Positions 32,563 to 42,509 of a DNA stretch of 64,000 nt are shown here, piece by piece (position 1 is the stretch's first letter; every line of letters starts with the position of its first letter). Under the pieces are notes generated by a model. The model saw only the letters and a list, made by a program, of their open reading frames with translations, was not told the origin of the DNA and made no database searches. The translations under genes were made by a program, and so were the position numbers. The stretch comes from Candidatus Methylomirabilia bacterium. Its GTDB lineage: Bacteria; Methylomirabilota; Methylomirabilia; Rokubacteriales; CSP1-6. The DNA lies in assembly GCA_041492755.1 (NCBI GenBank), contig JBGPXN010000001.1, positions 32,001 to 96,000 of the forward strand, written 5' to 3'.

Positions 32563-33525
32563 CTAGCCGAGCGGCTCGGTGGCCACGCGGTCGGCGCGCG
32601 TCACCTGCCAGTCGTCGCCCGTGCGGCGCCACTCGAGCTGCAGGGTCGCCAGCTCGCGCGCCCCGTGGACCCGGAGCTTCACGAGGCGGCAGCCGGGACC
32701 GATCTTGGCCTGGGCGACGATGGCCACGTCGCGAACGGGCCGCAGCGTCGCGCACTCGGCCACGAGGAGGAAGCGGACCGCCGGCGCGATGAACGGCTCG
32801 GCGTTGGCCCACTCCCCGCTTCTCACGGCCTGGCGCACCACCTCCACACCGGGCACGACCTCCGGACTCAGGACCGCCGGGTCGAAGGTCGAGTCGAGCG
32901 CGACCACGTCTCGCGCTCCGCCCGGGTGGAACGCGACGGCAGCGAACGCCACCTCGCCGTCTCCCACCACACCGCCGGCAGCAGTCAGCGCCTCGCGCAG
33001 CCTGGCCTCCCACTCGGTGGCACGCCTCCGCTCCCCCTCGCTCGCGAGCAGCCGTTCGAGCACGATGGCCCCGGCCGCGACGTGACGGCGCTCTTCCTCC
33101 ACGCAACGGTCCAGGATGCGGCGGGTCGGCGGCTCGTAGATCGGGTTGGCGATGGCGAGGTGGCGCTCGTACACGGCGATCAGATGCGGCTTGGCGACGC
33201 GATAGAGGCCGACCACGCGCTCGATCGATTCGCGCCGCGTCTCGCGACTTTCCGCGAGATCGAAGAAACGCGCCACGCCGTCGTTGGCCGGCTCGGATTG
33301 CTGGGCGGGCGCGCGCAGCTCGGGCAACCGCCGGCCCCACAGATCGGCGTGCTGCGCGCAATCCCAGACGTGCCGGCCGAAGAGCAGCTTCACGGGTAGC
33401 TCCGGCGTGAGCGCGATGGCGCCCGCCATGATCCGCATGAGGCGCTCCTCGGCATAACGGTAATGGCGCACGCGCTTGGCCGAGGCTTCGACCGAGAAGT
33501 GGCCGGCGAGCGGATGAGCGGTCAT
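32563..33525 (-). CDS. Ferritin-like-fold protein with partly degenerate metal ligands and a small C-terminal domain
   Basis: YAEE, RHVWDCAQHAD, EEERRH in helical-bundle spacing. Confidence 0.6.
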   Translation of the reverse strand: MTAHPLAGHFSVEASAKRVRHYRYAEERLMRIMAGAIALTPELPVKLLFGRHVWDCAQHADLWGRRLPELRAPAQQSEPANDGVARFFDLAESRETRRESIERVVGLYRVAKPHLIAVYERHLAIANPIYEPPTRRILDRCVEEERRHVAAGAIVLERLLASEGERRRATEWEARLREALTAAGGVVGDGEVAFAAVAFHPGGARDVVALDSTFDPAVLSPEVVPGVEVVRQAVRSGEWANAEPFIAPAVRFLLVAECATLRPVRDVAIVAQAKIGPGCRLVKLRVHGARELATLQLEWRRTGDDWQVTRADRVATEPLG

Positions 33526-33573
33526 GCGCGGGCCGCCGCGCGCGAGATCAGAGCCCGCGAACGAATCGCGGCA

Positions 33574-33725
33574 TCAAGGAACGCCCGGGCTTTGCCGGGG
33601 CGTTTCCGAGCGCGAGGCGTAGGTTGGGCGTCACGTCGGGGCGTCGAGGGCCGTCCGTCGAGGGCCGTCCCGGGTTTCCCGGGACGGCTCCGAGCGCAGG
33701 GGGGGGCCATGTCGGGGCCCCCCAC
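33574..33725 (-). repeat. REP-like two-hairpin element, locus 2 (two diverged hairpin-A copies and one hairpin B)
   Basis: gaacgcccgggc-ttt-gccggggcgttt; ggccgtcccggg-ttt-cccgggacggct; ggggggcc-atgtcgg-ggcccccc; 14-bp tandem duplication at 33643-33670. Confidence 0.8.
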
Positions 33726-34490
33726 TCAGTACACGGGAGATCGCTGGGTGGTGCGGACGAGCCGCTCGATCTCCTCGTCGGTGAAGCCGGCGAGGCGACG
33801 GACGTCCCGCGCGATCGAGATACTGACTTCCTCGTGCTCGCCGTCCTGGCGGACGCCGCCGAGGTTGAAGCGCTCGTCGATGGTCTCCTGGAACTCGATG
33901 GCGCGCCGGCGGCGGTCCGGGTCGCCCCTGGTCAGCTCGTTGAGCCACCTGGAGCCCATGCGCACGTGGGTGATCTCGTCGGCCAGCACGAAGTCCACCG
34001 AGCGCTCGATGATCGGATCGCCGATCTTCGCCGCGATGTGCACGAGCTGGTTGAAGACGTCGCAGGCCAGCCCTTCCAGTCCGCGGTTGACTCCGGCCAC
34101 GCGCGCCGCCGCGTCTTCCGCGCACGCGCACCGCCAGAGGATCGTCGTCTCCGCGAACTCGCCGACGTAGCCACCCAGGTGATCGAGCAGCCCGAGGAAG
34201 ATCTCGACGTGGCGCGACTCGTCCCAGACCTGTCGCGCCATGTCCAGCGTGAACTCCCAGGGCGCGTCCGGGAAGTCGTAGACGGTGCGGCCGGCCCCCT
34301 CCATCGCCTGCAGCTCGCCGACGAGGATGCCGTGCACGCGCTCGCGCATGGATTCGCGGGAGGACAGGGTGGGAAACACCGACAGCCCCTGCTCGACCCG
34401 GCGCTCGGCGATGTCGCGCGCGCGCATCCGGACGAACCGCTCCTCGCGCGCCAGCTTGTCGTAGGCGATCGGCCTGTCCACGGGCTCCAT
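33726..34490 (-). CDS. Ferritin-like diiron-carboxylate protein (DUF455-like)
   Basis: GELQAME, WDESRH, GLEG, ADEITH: full E/ExxH/E/ExxH set. Confidence 0.8.
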   Translation of the reverse strand: MEPVDRPIAYDKLAREERFVRMRARDIAERRVEQGLSVFPTLSSRESMRERVHGILVGELQAMEGAGRTVYDFPDAPWEFTLDMARQVWDESRHVEIFLGLLDHLGGYVGEFAETTILWRCACAEDAAARVAGVNRGLEGLACDVFNQLVHIAAKIGDPIIERSVDFVLADEITHVRMGSRWLNELTRGDPDRRRRAIEFQETIDERFNLGGVRQDGEHEEVSISIARDVRRLAGFTDEEIERLVRTTQRSPVY

Positions 34491-34499
34491 TATAGGGCC

Positions 34500-35381
34500 T
34501 TACACGCGCTCCTTGAATTCCTTGCCGAGCAGTCCCTCCGGACGCACGAGGAGCACCACGATGATGATGGCGAACGCGAGCGTGTTCTTGAACTGGATGG
34601 TCAGGTAGGCGCCGGCCAGGCTCTCGGCCACGCCCAGGAGCAGGCCGCCGACGATGGCGCCCGGCAGACTGTTGAGCCCTCCGAGGACCGCGGCGGCGAA
34701 GCCCTTGAGGAACGGATCGAGCATGAAGAACGGGTCCAGCAGCAGCGCGGGGGCGAGAAAGATCCCGGCCACCACGCCGAGGGCCGAGGCGACCCCCCAG
34801 GACACGCCGAGCACGAGCCGGGTCGGGATCCCGAGCGTCTGGGCCGCCATCACGTTCTCCGAGGTCGCCCGCATGGCGAGCCCGAGCCGCGTGCGCTGCA
34901 CGAGCAGGTAGAGCAGCGCGCTGGCCACGAGCCCGGCCGCCATCGTGGCCAGCGAGAGCTGGCTCACCACCACGGCCCCCACCCGGTACGTCTTCACGTC
35001 CGAGATCGGAAACGGCAGCGCGACCGGCTCCGCGCCCCACACGTAGACGACCACGCCCTGGATGATCAGCGCGAGCCCGAGGGTGAGGATCACCATGCTG
35101 AGCAGGTTGGCGCCCTCGCGCTGGGCGCGCACCAGGACGCCGAAGTAGAACGCGATCCCGACGGCGGCCCCGGTTCCGAGACTCAGCAGGAGCGCCACCG
35201 GGAAGGAGTAGCCGCGCGAGAGCAGCGAGAACGCCACGAACGTCGCCAGGGTCGCGATGTCACCGTGCGCGAAGTTGAGCACCCGCGTCGACCGGTAGAT
35301 CAACACGATCCCGAGCGCCACCAGCGCGTAGAGGCTCCCCGCCGACAACCCGGTCAGCGCGTATTGCAGGCCCCTGGCCAT
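34500..35381 (-). CDS. HAAT-family ABC permease (LivH-like)
   Basis: LNFAHG, TRLGLAMRA, KGFAAAVLGGL. Confidence 0.92.
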   Translation of the reverse strand: MARGLQYALTGLSAGSLYALVALGIVLIYRSTRVLNFAHGDIATLATFVAFSLLSRGYSFPVALLLSLGTGAAVGIAFYFGVLVRAQREGANLLSMVILTLGLALIIQGVVVYVWGAEPVALPFPISDVKTYRVGAVVVSQLSLATMAAGLVASALLYLLVQRTRLGLAMRATSENVMAAQTLGIPTRLVLGVSWGVASALGVVAGIFLAPALLLDPFFMLDPFLKGFAAAVLGGLNSLPGAIVGGLLLGVAESLAGAYLTIQFKNTLAFAIIIVVLLVRPEGLLGKEFKERV

Positions 35382-35403
35382 CAGCAGATCTCGCCCTCGC
35401 CGC

Positions 35404-36384
35404 TCATCGGAACGGCCAGAGCTGGAAGTAGAGCCGGGTCTTCAACCAGAGGCCGAACAAGCCGAGCTGCTGGAACACGAGCACGAGCAGGATGGCGACG
35501 CCGAAGATCACCGGAACCAGCTCACGGAAGCCCGACAGCACCTTCGGGACGAGGATGACGAAGGCCGCGCCGAGGATGGAGCCTTCGATGGAGGCCAGGC
35601 CGCCGATGATCACGGCCACGAAGATGGTGATCGACTCCAGCACGTTGAAGATCTGCGGCTCGATGTGGCCGAGGACCTGCGCGTAGAGCGCGCCGTGCAC
35701 GCCGGTGTAGAACGACGACAGCGCGAAGGCGAGCAGCTTGTAGCGCGTGAGGTTGATGCCGTTGACCTCGGCCGCGATGTCGGAGTCGCGGATGGCGATG
35801 AAGGCGCGCCCGACGTAGGACGAGATGAGGTTGTAGGTGACGAGCGTGAAGACCATCAGGAGCAGGAGGTAGACGTAATACTCCCACTGGCTGCGGGACA
35901 GCCCGAACAGCGGCGTGAGCTTGGAGACGGCCAGCCCGGAGCGGCCGCCCGACAGCACCTCCCAGTTGACGAAGACCTGGTAGACGGCGACGCCGAAGCC
36001 GAGCGTCGCGATCGACAGGTACGGGCCCTTGAGCCTCAGCGACGGGAACCCCACGAGAATGCCGGCGACGGCCGCCAGCAGGCCGGCGCCCACGAGGGCG
36101 ACCAGGAACGGGGCGCCCCAGATGCGCAAGTGGCCGAAGCCGAAGGCACCGATGGCCAGGAAGCCGGCCTGGCCGAATGAGATCTGCCCGGTGTAGCCGA
36201 TCAGGAGGTTCTGGCCCATCACGCCGATCGCGGTGAGCGCGACGAGCGTGGCGGAGAAAACAGCGCCCTCGGGCGCGAGCCACGGGAAGACGGCGAGCGC
36301 GGCCAGGAGCCCGCCGAGCAGGACCTGCGTGACGCGCTTGCGCGCGAACTTCAGATCCTCGGCGTAAGACTCGACCAGATCCAT
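35404..36384 (-). CDS. HAAT-family ABC permease (LivM-like)
   Basis: GYTGQISFGQAGF, YLSIATLGF, GRAFIAIRD. Confidence 0.92.
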   Translation of the reverse strand: MDLVESYAEDLKFARKRVTQVLLGGLLAALAVFPWLAPEGAVFSATLVALTAIGVMGQNLLIGYTGQISFGQAGFLAIGAFGFGHLRIWGAPFLVALVGAGLLAAVAGILVGFPSLRLKGPYLSIATLGFGVAVYQVFVNWEVLSGGRSGLAVSKLTPLFGLSRSQWEYYVYLLLLMVFTLVTYNLISSYVGRAFIAIRDSDIAAEVNGINLTRYKLLAFALSSFYTGVHGALYAQVLGHIEPQIFNVLESITIFVAVIIGGLASIEGSILGAAFVILVPKVLSGFRELVPVIFGVAILLVLVFQQLGLFGLWLKTRLYFQLWPFR

Positions 36385-36423
36385 CGGTCAGACGAAATCC
36401 ATTGGTCGGTCGACGAGATCCAT

Positions 36424-38235
36424 CTAGTCGCGGTAGAGGCCCCGGACCAGGTCGGCGTAGCGGGTCTCGATCGCCCGGCGCTTCACCTTCTTGGTCGGGG
36501 TCACGTCGCCCTCCTCCTCGTAGAAGCGGCGCGGCAAGAGCGCGATCTTCTTGATCGACTCGACTTGGGACAGCGTGCGGTTGACCTTGTCGACCTCGGC
36601 CTGGATGAGCCGGACGACGTCGGGGCTCTGCGTGAGGTCCTGGAAGGTGGTGAACGGGATGCGGTGGTCCTGCGCAAACTTGGTGACGTTGTCCTCGTCG
36701 ATGAGGATCAGGGCGACCAGGTACTTCCGCCGGTCGCCGACGACGACCGCGTCCTGCACGTACGAGCTGAACTTCAGCTTGTTCTCGATGTAGGCCGGCG
36801 TGATGTTCTTGCCGCCCGCCGTGATGATGATGTCCTTCTTGCGGTCGAGGATCCTGAGATAACCGTCGTCCCAGGCGCCCACGTCGCCCGTGTGCAGCCA
36901 GCCCTCGGCGTCGACCGTCTCCGCCGTGAGCGCCGGGTCCTTGAAGTATCCCTTGAAGACGTGCGGGCCGCGCGTGAGGATCTCGCCGTCGTCGCTGATC
37001 CGCACCTCGACGCCCGGGACGGGCTGTCCCACCGTCCCCGCCCGGGGCTGCTCCACACGGTTCAGGGAGATCACGCCGGTCGACTCCGTCATGCCGTACC
37101 CCTCGACGAGCGGGATGCCGAGGGCGTGGTAGAACTCGAACAGCTCGGGCGAGGCCGGCGCGGCGCCACAGACCGCCACCCGGATGCGGTCGAAGCCGAG
37201 CCGCCGCTTGAGCGGGGCCAGCGCGGCCCAGTAGCAGAGCCGGTAGAGGAGCCGCAGCCCGGGCGACGGCCCCGGCGTCGCGTACTTCACGCGCGCGTAC
37301 CTCCGCCCCACCCGCACCGCCGTCCGGTAGAGCGCGCGCTTGAGGCGCGTGGAGTCCGCCATGCGGAGCTCGACGGTGGAGGCCAGCTTCTCCCAGATCC
37401 GCGGCACGCTGCCGAAGTAGGTCGGCGACACCTCGCGCAGGTTCTGCGAGAGCGTGTCGAGGCTCTCCACGAAGTTCACGACGTACCCGGCGCCGATCGC
37501 CCCGAACACGCTGATGAGATTCTCGTAGACGTGGGCGAAGGGCAGATAGGACACGACCTCGTCGGCGCCCGACTGGGAGTTCACGCTGAGGACGGCGGCG
37601 GTGCTCCAGATGATGTTGTGGTGGGAGAGCATGGCGCCCTTGGGTGGTCCGGTGGTGCCCGAAGTGTAGATGATCATCGCGGTATCGTCGGGCTGGATGG
37701 CGTCCCGGCGGTTGGCCACGGCGGCCGGATGAGCCTGGGCGTGGAGCATCCCCTGCTTGACGAAGTCGTCGAAGAACTGCACGCGCTCGTCGGTGAAGCC
37801 CCACAGCCCCTTGGCGTCCCAGACGACGACGCGCTCGAGCCGCGTGGCGGGGGCGACGGCCAGAACCTTGTCGAGCTGCTCGTCGTTCTCCACGAAGATC
37901 AGCCGCGCCTCGGAGTGGTTCAGCAAGTACTGGATCTGCTCGGGCGCCGAGGTGGGATAGATGCCGCAGGTGGCGCCGGCGGCGGTCTGGATCCCGAGGT
38001 GGCAGTAGAGCCACTCGGGCCGGTTGTCGGCGAGGACCGCGACGTTCTCTCCGGGCCGCAGGCCGAAGGCGAGGAGGCCCGCGGCCACGCCGGCCACGCG
38101 CTCGCCGTATTCCCGCCAGGTCACCCGGTGCCAGATCCCGTATTCCTTGAACCGGATGGCGAGCCGGTCCCCCTGGACTTCCACCTGGCGCGCGAACAGC
38201 TCGGGCAGCGTGCGTCCCGTCACCGTGACTTGCAT
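36424..38235 (-). CDS. Long-chain acyl-CoA synthetase-like AMP-binding enzyme
   Basis: YTSGTTGPPKG, YLPFAHVYE, VPRIWEK, EGYGMTE, GWLHTGD, DRKKD. Confidence 0.92.
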   Translation of the reverse strand: MQVTVTGRTLPELFARQVEVQGDRLAIRFKEYGIWHRVTWREYGERVAGVAAGLLAFGLRPGENVAVLADNRPEWLYCHLGIQTAAGATCGIYPTSAPEQIQYLLNHSEARLIFVENDEQLDKVLAVAPATRLERVVVWDAKGLWGFTDERVQFFDDFVKQGMLHAQAHPAAVANRRDAIQPDDTAMIIYTSGTTGPPKGAMLSHHNIIWSTAAVLSVNSQSGADEVVSYLPFAHVYENLISVFGAIGAGYVVNFVESLDTLSQNLREVSPTYFGSVPRIWEKLASTVELRMADSTRLKRALYRTAVRVGRRYARVKYATPGPSPGLRLLYRLCYWAALAPLKRRLGFDRIRVAVCGAAPASPELFEFYHALGIPLVEGYGMTESTGVISLNRVEQPRAGTVGQPVPGVEVRISDDGEILTRGPHVFKGYFKDPALTAETVDAEGWLHTGDVGAWDDGYLRILDRKKDIIITAGGKNITPAYIENKLKFSSYVQDAVVVGDRRKYLVALILIDEDNVTKFAQDHRIPFTTFQDLTQSPDVVRLIQAEVDKVNRTLSQVESIKKIALLPRRFYEEEGDVTPTKKVKRRAIETRYADLVRGLYRD

Positions 38236-39014
38236 CACCATCGTCTCCTCTTCCGGTAGAGTCGCCAGCCCCGCGTGGCGGTCTCCGTCGTCGTGCCCAC
38301 GCCCAGGTAGACCTCCTGGACGTCCGCGTTCTGCGTCAGTGCTTCGGCGGTGTCTTCCAGGACGACCCGCCCGGCTTCCAGGATCGCGCCGCGGGCGGCG
38401 ACCCCGAGCGCGAGCCGCGCGTTCTGCTCCACGAGCAGGATCGTCGTTCCCGTCCGGCTGATGGCGCCGAGCGCTTCGTAGACGCCGCGCGCGATGCGGG
38501 GGGCCAGTCCGAGCGACGGCTCGTCCAGCATCAGCAACCGCGGGCGGCGCAGCATCGCGCGGCCGAGCGCGAGCATCTGCTGCTCGCCCCCGGACAGCGT
38601 CTCTGCCTCCTGCCGCGCGCGCTCCTTGAGGATCGGGAACATGCCGTGCACGACGTCGAGGTCCTTGCTGACGTCGGCGTCCCGGCGTCCCCACAGACCG
38701 AGCTCGAGGTTCTCGGCAACCGTGAGCTCTTTGAAGAGGCCGCGGTCCTCGGGCACGTAGACGATACCGAGCCGGGCCACCGCCTCCGGAGCCCAGCCGT
38801 CGATCCGTCGGCCGTCGAAGCGGATCTCGCCCTTCTTGGGCTGGTCCTTGAGGAGCCCGGCGATCGTGCGCAGCAGCGTGGTCTTCCCCGCCCCGTTCGG
38901 TCCGAGCACGGTGAAGATCTCGCCCGGCTCGACGGACAGCGACACCCCGAACAGCGCGTAGATCCGGTCGAAGTAGAGCGTCTCGATGCTGGAGACCTGG
39001 AGCAGTGGGGCCAT
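38235..39014 (-). CDS. ABC ATPase (LivF-like)
   Basis: GPNGAGKT, LSGGEQQM, LDEPSLGLAP. Confidence 0.93.
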   Translation of the reverse strand: MAPLLQVSSIETLYFDRIYALFGVSLSVEPGEIFTVLGPNGAGKTTLLRTIAGLLKDQPKKGEIRFDGRRIDGWAPEAVARLGIVYVPEDRGLFKELTVAENLELGLWGRRDADVSKDLDVVHGMFPILKERARQEAETLSGGEQQMLALGRAMLRRPRLLMLDEPSLGLAPRIARGVYEALGAISRTGTTILLVEQNARLALGVAARGAILEAGRVVLEDTAEALTQNADVQEVYLGVGTTTETATRGWRLYRKRRRW

Positions 39015-39050
39015 CAGCGCGTCACGCGGACCGTCGGGGCCATCGGCGCC

Positions 39051-39803
39051 TCATTCCCCCACGTACGCCTTCACGACGTCCGGGTGGCGCTGGACCTCGG
39101 CCGGCGTCCCCTCCGCGATCTTCACGCCGTGATCGAGCGCAACCATGCGACCGGCCAGCCGCGAGGCCACGCGCAGGTCGTGCTCCACGAGGAGGATCGT
39201 GATGCCGAACCGGCCGCGGATCTCGTGGATCCAGTACGCGAACTCTTCCTTCTCCTCCTGGGTCAGCCCGGACACCGGCTCGTCGAGCAGCAGCAGCCGC
39301 GGCTCGGTGGCCAGGGCACGGCCCAGCTCCACGCGCTTCTGCACGCCGTACGAACAGTCGGCCGCCCGCGCCCTTCGCACCGGCTCGAGGTTGAGGAACT
39401 CGATGAGCTCCTCGCAGCGACGTCGATGCCGGATCTCCTCGCCCCGCCGCCGCAGGACCGCGGCCAGCAGGCTCTTCTTGAAGTGCAGGTGACGGCCGAC
39501 CAACAGGTTGTCGAGCACGGTCATATTGTGGAAGAGGCGCAGATTCTGGAACGTGCGGGCGATCCCGAGCCGGGTGATGTGGTCCGGGGACCGGCCGAGC
39601 ACCACCTCCCCACGAAAGGTGATGGTTCCCCCCGTGGGCCGATAGATCCCGGTGATGCAGTTGAAGAGCGACGTCTTGCCGGAGCCGTTGGGCCCGATGA
39701 CGGCGAGGGTCTCCCCGTCCGCCACCGTCACGCTCACGTCCTGGAGCGCGGTGATGCCGCCGAAGCGCAGGGCGACGTCCTTGACGCTCAGCAGGTCTCC
39801 CAT
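39051..39803 (-). CDS. ABC ATPase (LivG-like)
   Basis: GPNGSGKT, GIARTFQN, LLLDEP, VEHD. Confidence 0.93.
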   Translation of the reverse strand: MGDLLSVKDVALRFGGITALQDVSVTVADGETLAVIGPNGSGKTSLFNCITGIYRPTGGTITFRGEVVLGRSPDHITRLGIARTFQNLRLFHNMTVLDNLLVGRHLHFKKSLLAAVLRRRGEEIRHRRRCEELIEFLNLEPVRRARAADCSYGVQKRVELGRALATEPRLLLLDEPVSGLTQEEKEEFAYWIHEIRGRFGITILLVEHDLRVASRLAGRMVALDHGVKIAEGTPAEVQRHPDVVKAYVGE

Positions 39804-39885
39804 TCAGTACGCAGTTCCCGGACCCCGGGGCAGGTTCGGCCCACCCCGGCGCCCGCGTCGCGGACGCAGGCTCAGAGCCCGCGAA

Positions 39886-40056
39886 TCAAGGAGCGCCCCG
39901 GCTTCGCCGGGACGCTGCCAAGCGTATCGGGGTCGAGGAGCGCCCCGGCTTCGCCGGGACGCTGCCGAGCGCGTCGGGGTCGAGGAGCGCCCCGGCTTCG
40001 CCGGGGCGCTGCCGAGCGTATGGGGGGTATGGGGGGCCATGTCGGGGCCCCCCCAT
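39886..40056 (-). repeat. REP-like element, locus 3: three tandem 47-bp hairpin-A units plus hairpin B
   Basis: Units start at 39886, 39933 and 39980 (tcRaggagcgccccggcttcgccgggRcgctgccRagcg); hairpin B at ~40031-40053. Confidence 0.9.
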
Positions 40057-40060
40057 CCAA

Positions 40061-41254
40061 TCAGAAATGTGGCTGGAACACCTGCCAGGGCATGACCTCC
40101 GAATAGGAATTGTTCGACGCCTTCTCGGCTTTGAGCAAACGGACGGCGTTGAGCCCGTGCCGGCGATTGGGACCGAACGTGACCGGCGCGGTGAGACCCA
40201 TGGTGTCGAAGTTCTTGATCGACTCCATCGCCTCCACGTAGCTCTCCCGGGTGAGATTGCGCCCGGCCTTCTTGAGCCCCTCGAGCGCGAGGATGATGGC
40301 GCTGCCGCCGGCCAGCGCGGTGTTCTCCTTGCCGGCGAGCTTGGGCTCGTGCTTGACCAGGATGTCGGCGATCGCCTTGCCCGGCGGATCGTTGTAGGTG
40401 GCGCCGAGACCGGCGAAGTAGGCGCCCTCCCAGAGCTCGCCGAGCAGCCGATACATGATCGCGTAGTCGCCGAGCGGGAAGGACGCGACGATCCTCGGAC
40501 GGTACCCCACCTTGGCCATCTCCTTGATGACGTTGGCGCCGTGGGTGATCGTCGAGTAGAAGATGACGGTGTCGGCGCCGGAGTCCTTGAGCTTCAGCGC
40601 GTGCGTGCCCATCTCGCGATCGGCCAGCTCGTAGGATACGGTGGTACCGAGGACGGCCTTGCCGCCCAGGCCCTTGAGGCCGCGGTTGATGCCCTCGAGC
40701 CCACCCTTGCCGTACTCGTCGTTCTGATAGAAGACCGCCACCTTCCTGGTGTTGAGGTTGCCGACCGAATAGGTCAGCAGGAACTCGCCCTCGTCCACGT
40801 AGTCGGGATAGTTCACGAAGACGTAGCGGAGCTTCTCGCGGGGCTGCTTGGCCCAGATGGCGGGGTTGCCGTAGGGGTTGATGGTCGGGATCTTGTACTC
40901 GGCCACGTCGTCCTTGGCCGCCTGCAACACCGCGGAGCCGAGCAGCCCCACGCTCATGAAGACGGAGTCCTTCATCTCCTTGAGGTTGGCCACCGCGCGG
41001 CCCGGATTGTAGCCGTCGTCCTTGAGGACGACCTTGAGCTTGCGGCCGTTGATCCCGCCCTGCTCGTTCACGGAGCGGGTCCACGCCTCCATGGCGACCG
41101 CCGTGTTGCCCCAGGCCGCGGCCGGGCCCGACAGCGGTGTGGTCAGGCCGATCACGACCTCGGTGTCCGTCACCCCGGGCACCTTCTGGGCAAAGGCCGC
41201 CGGCGCCGCCAGCAGCACGAACGCCAGCACGAGCGCAGCTGTTCGAAGAGTCAT
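40061..41254 (-). CDS. ABC substrate-binding protein (LivK-like)
   Basis: Signal peptide, GVTDTEVVIG, PLSGPAA, GGINGRK, DDGYNP. Confidence 0.9.
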   Translation of the reverse strand: MTLRTAALVLAFVLLAAPAAFAQKVPGVTDTEVVIGLTTPLSGPAAAWGNTAVAMEAWTRSVNEQGGINGRKLKVVLKDDGYNPGRAVANLKEMKDSVFMSVGLLGSAVLQAAKDDVAEYKIPTINPYGNPAIWAKQPREKLRYVFVNYPDYVDEGEFLLTYSVGNLNTRKVAVFYQNDEYGKGGLEGINRGLKGLGGKAVLGTTVSYELADREMGTHALKLKDSGADTVIFYSTITHGANVIKEMAKVGYRPRIVASFPLGDYAIMYRLLGELWEGAYFAGLGATYNDPPGKAIADILVKHEPKLAGKENTALAGGSAIILALEGLKKAGRNLTRESYVEAMESIKNFDTMGLTAPVTFGPNRRHGLNAVRLLKAEKASNNSYSEVMPWQVFQPHF

Positions 41255-41285
41255 GGGGAACACCTCCAGGACGAAGTGGGCGAAA

Positions 41286-42494
41286 TTATACCGCGTCGTC
41301 CCCGGCGGCAGGGCGTTCCGGAGACGGGCGCGAGCGGCGGCGGAGCAACGCCGCCGGCACCACGGTCGTCTCGCCGAAGCGCTGCGCGAGGGCATCGACG
41401 GCACGGGCGAGGCGCTCGCGGCGCAGGACGGAGGGATCGAGCAGCGGCAACTGCCCGCTGGCCTCCTCCTGAAGCCGTGACACGGACACCCCGATGAGGC
41501 GGATGGGCTGATCCAGCCGCTCACGGGCGAGGAGGCCTGCGGCGCGGCGGAACACCTCCAGGCCGTCCTGAGTCGGATCGCCGCTGTGCGCCCGGGTGAT
41601 CGTGGTGAAGTCGGCGAAGCGGAGCTTGAGCGTCACCCGCCCACCCGCCAGCCGCTGCGCTCGCAGCTGCCGCCCGACGCGCTCGGCGTGTTCGCGCAGC
41701 ACACGATGCAGGCGCTCGAGGTCTCGCGTGTCCGTCCCGAACGTCGTCTCGGCGCCGATCGACTTGGGCGCGGACACGGGATCCACGGAACGATCGTCGC
41801 GGCCGAAGGCGAGGTCGTGCAGATCGGCGCCGTGCTCGCCGAAACGTTGCACGAGCGAGGCTCGCGGAATCCGCTGGAGCTGGCCGATGGTGGCCACGCC
41901 GAGCGTGGCCAGCGCGTCGGCCATCACCCGGCCCACGCCCCACAGACGCTCCACCGGCAACGGGGCCAGGAACGCGGCCTCCGTGCCGGGCGGCACCACG
42001 ACGAGGCCGTCCGGCTTGCGCAGGTCCGAGGCGACTTTCGCCACGAACTTGTTCGCGGCAAGGCCGGCCGACGCCGTCAGCCCCGTCTCGTCACGAATGC
42101 GGGTCTTGACCCGCGCCACCGCGCGCGGGGGATCGCCGAAGAGCGGCTCGGTGCCGGTAAGATCGAGGAAGGCTTCGTCCACCGACACCGGTTCGACGAG
42201 GGGCGAGAAGTCGGCGAGGATCGCCATCACCTGATGCGACGCCTGCTGGTACCTGTCCATGTCGACGGGCAGGAAGATCGCGTGCGGACAGAGTCGCGCC
42301 GCCTTGCCGATCGGCATCGCCGACCGCACGCCATACCGCCGCGCCTCGTACGAGGCGGCCGACACGACCCCACGCCCGCGCGGATTGGCGCCAACGATCA
42401 CCGGATACCCCCGCAGCTCCGGCCGATCACGCTGCTCGACGGACGCATAAAACGCATCCATGTCCACATGCGCGATCGCCCGCGGCCCCGACAT
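41286..42494 (-). CDS. dinB: DNA polymerase IV
   Basis: HVDMDAFYASVE, ASYEAR, SVDEAFLD, AKVASD. Confidence 0.95.
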   Translation of the reverse strand: MSGPRAIAHVDMDAFYASVEQRDRPELRGYPVIVGANPRGRGVVSAASYEARRYGVRSAMPIGKAARLCPHAIFLPVDMDRYQQASHQVMAILADFSPLVEPVSVDEAFLDLTGTEPLFGDPPRAVARVKTRIRDETGLTASAGLAANKFVAKVASDLRKPDGLVVVPPGTEAAFLAPLPVERLWGVGRVMADALATLGVATIGQLQRIPRASLVQRFGEHGADLHDLAFGRDDRSVDPVSAPKSIGAETTFGTDTRDLERLHRVLREHAERVGRQLRAQRLAGGRVTLKLRFADFTTITRAHSGDPTQDGLEVFRRAAGLLARERLDQPIRLIGVSVSRLQEEASGQLPLLDPSVLRRERLARAVDALAQRFGETTVVPAALLRRRSRPSPERPAAGDDAV

Positions 42495-42509
42495 GTGAGC
42501 TTAGGCCGG

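Noticed and set aside
39886..40026. Possible CRISPR array (regular period, palindromic unit)
   Set aside because: No unique spacers, units are contiguous near-copies, no cas genes in the window, and the same unit is dispersed elsewhere.
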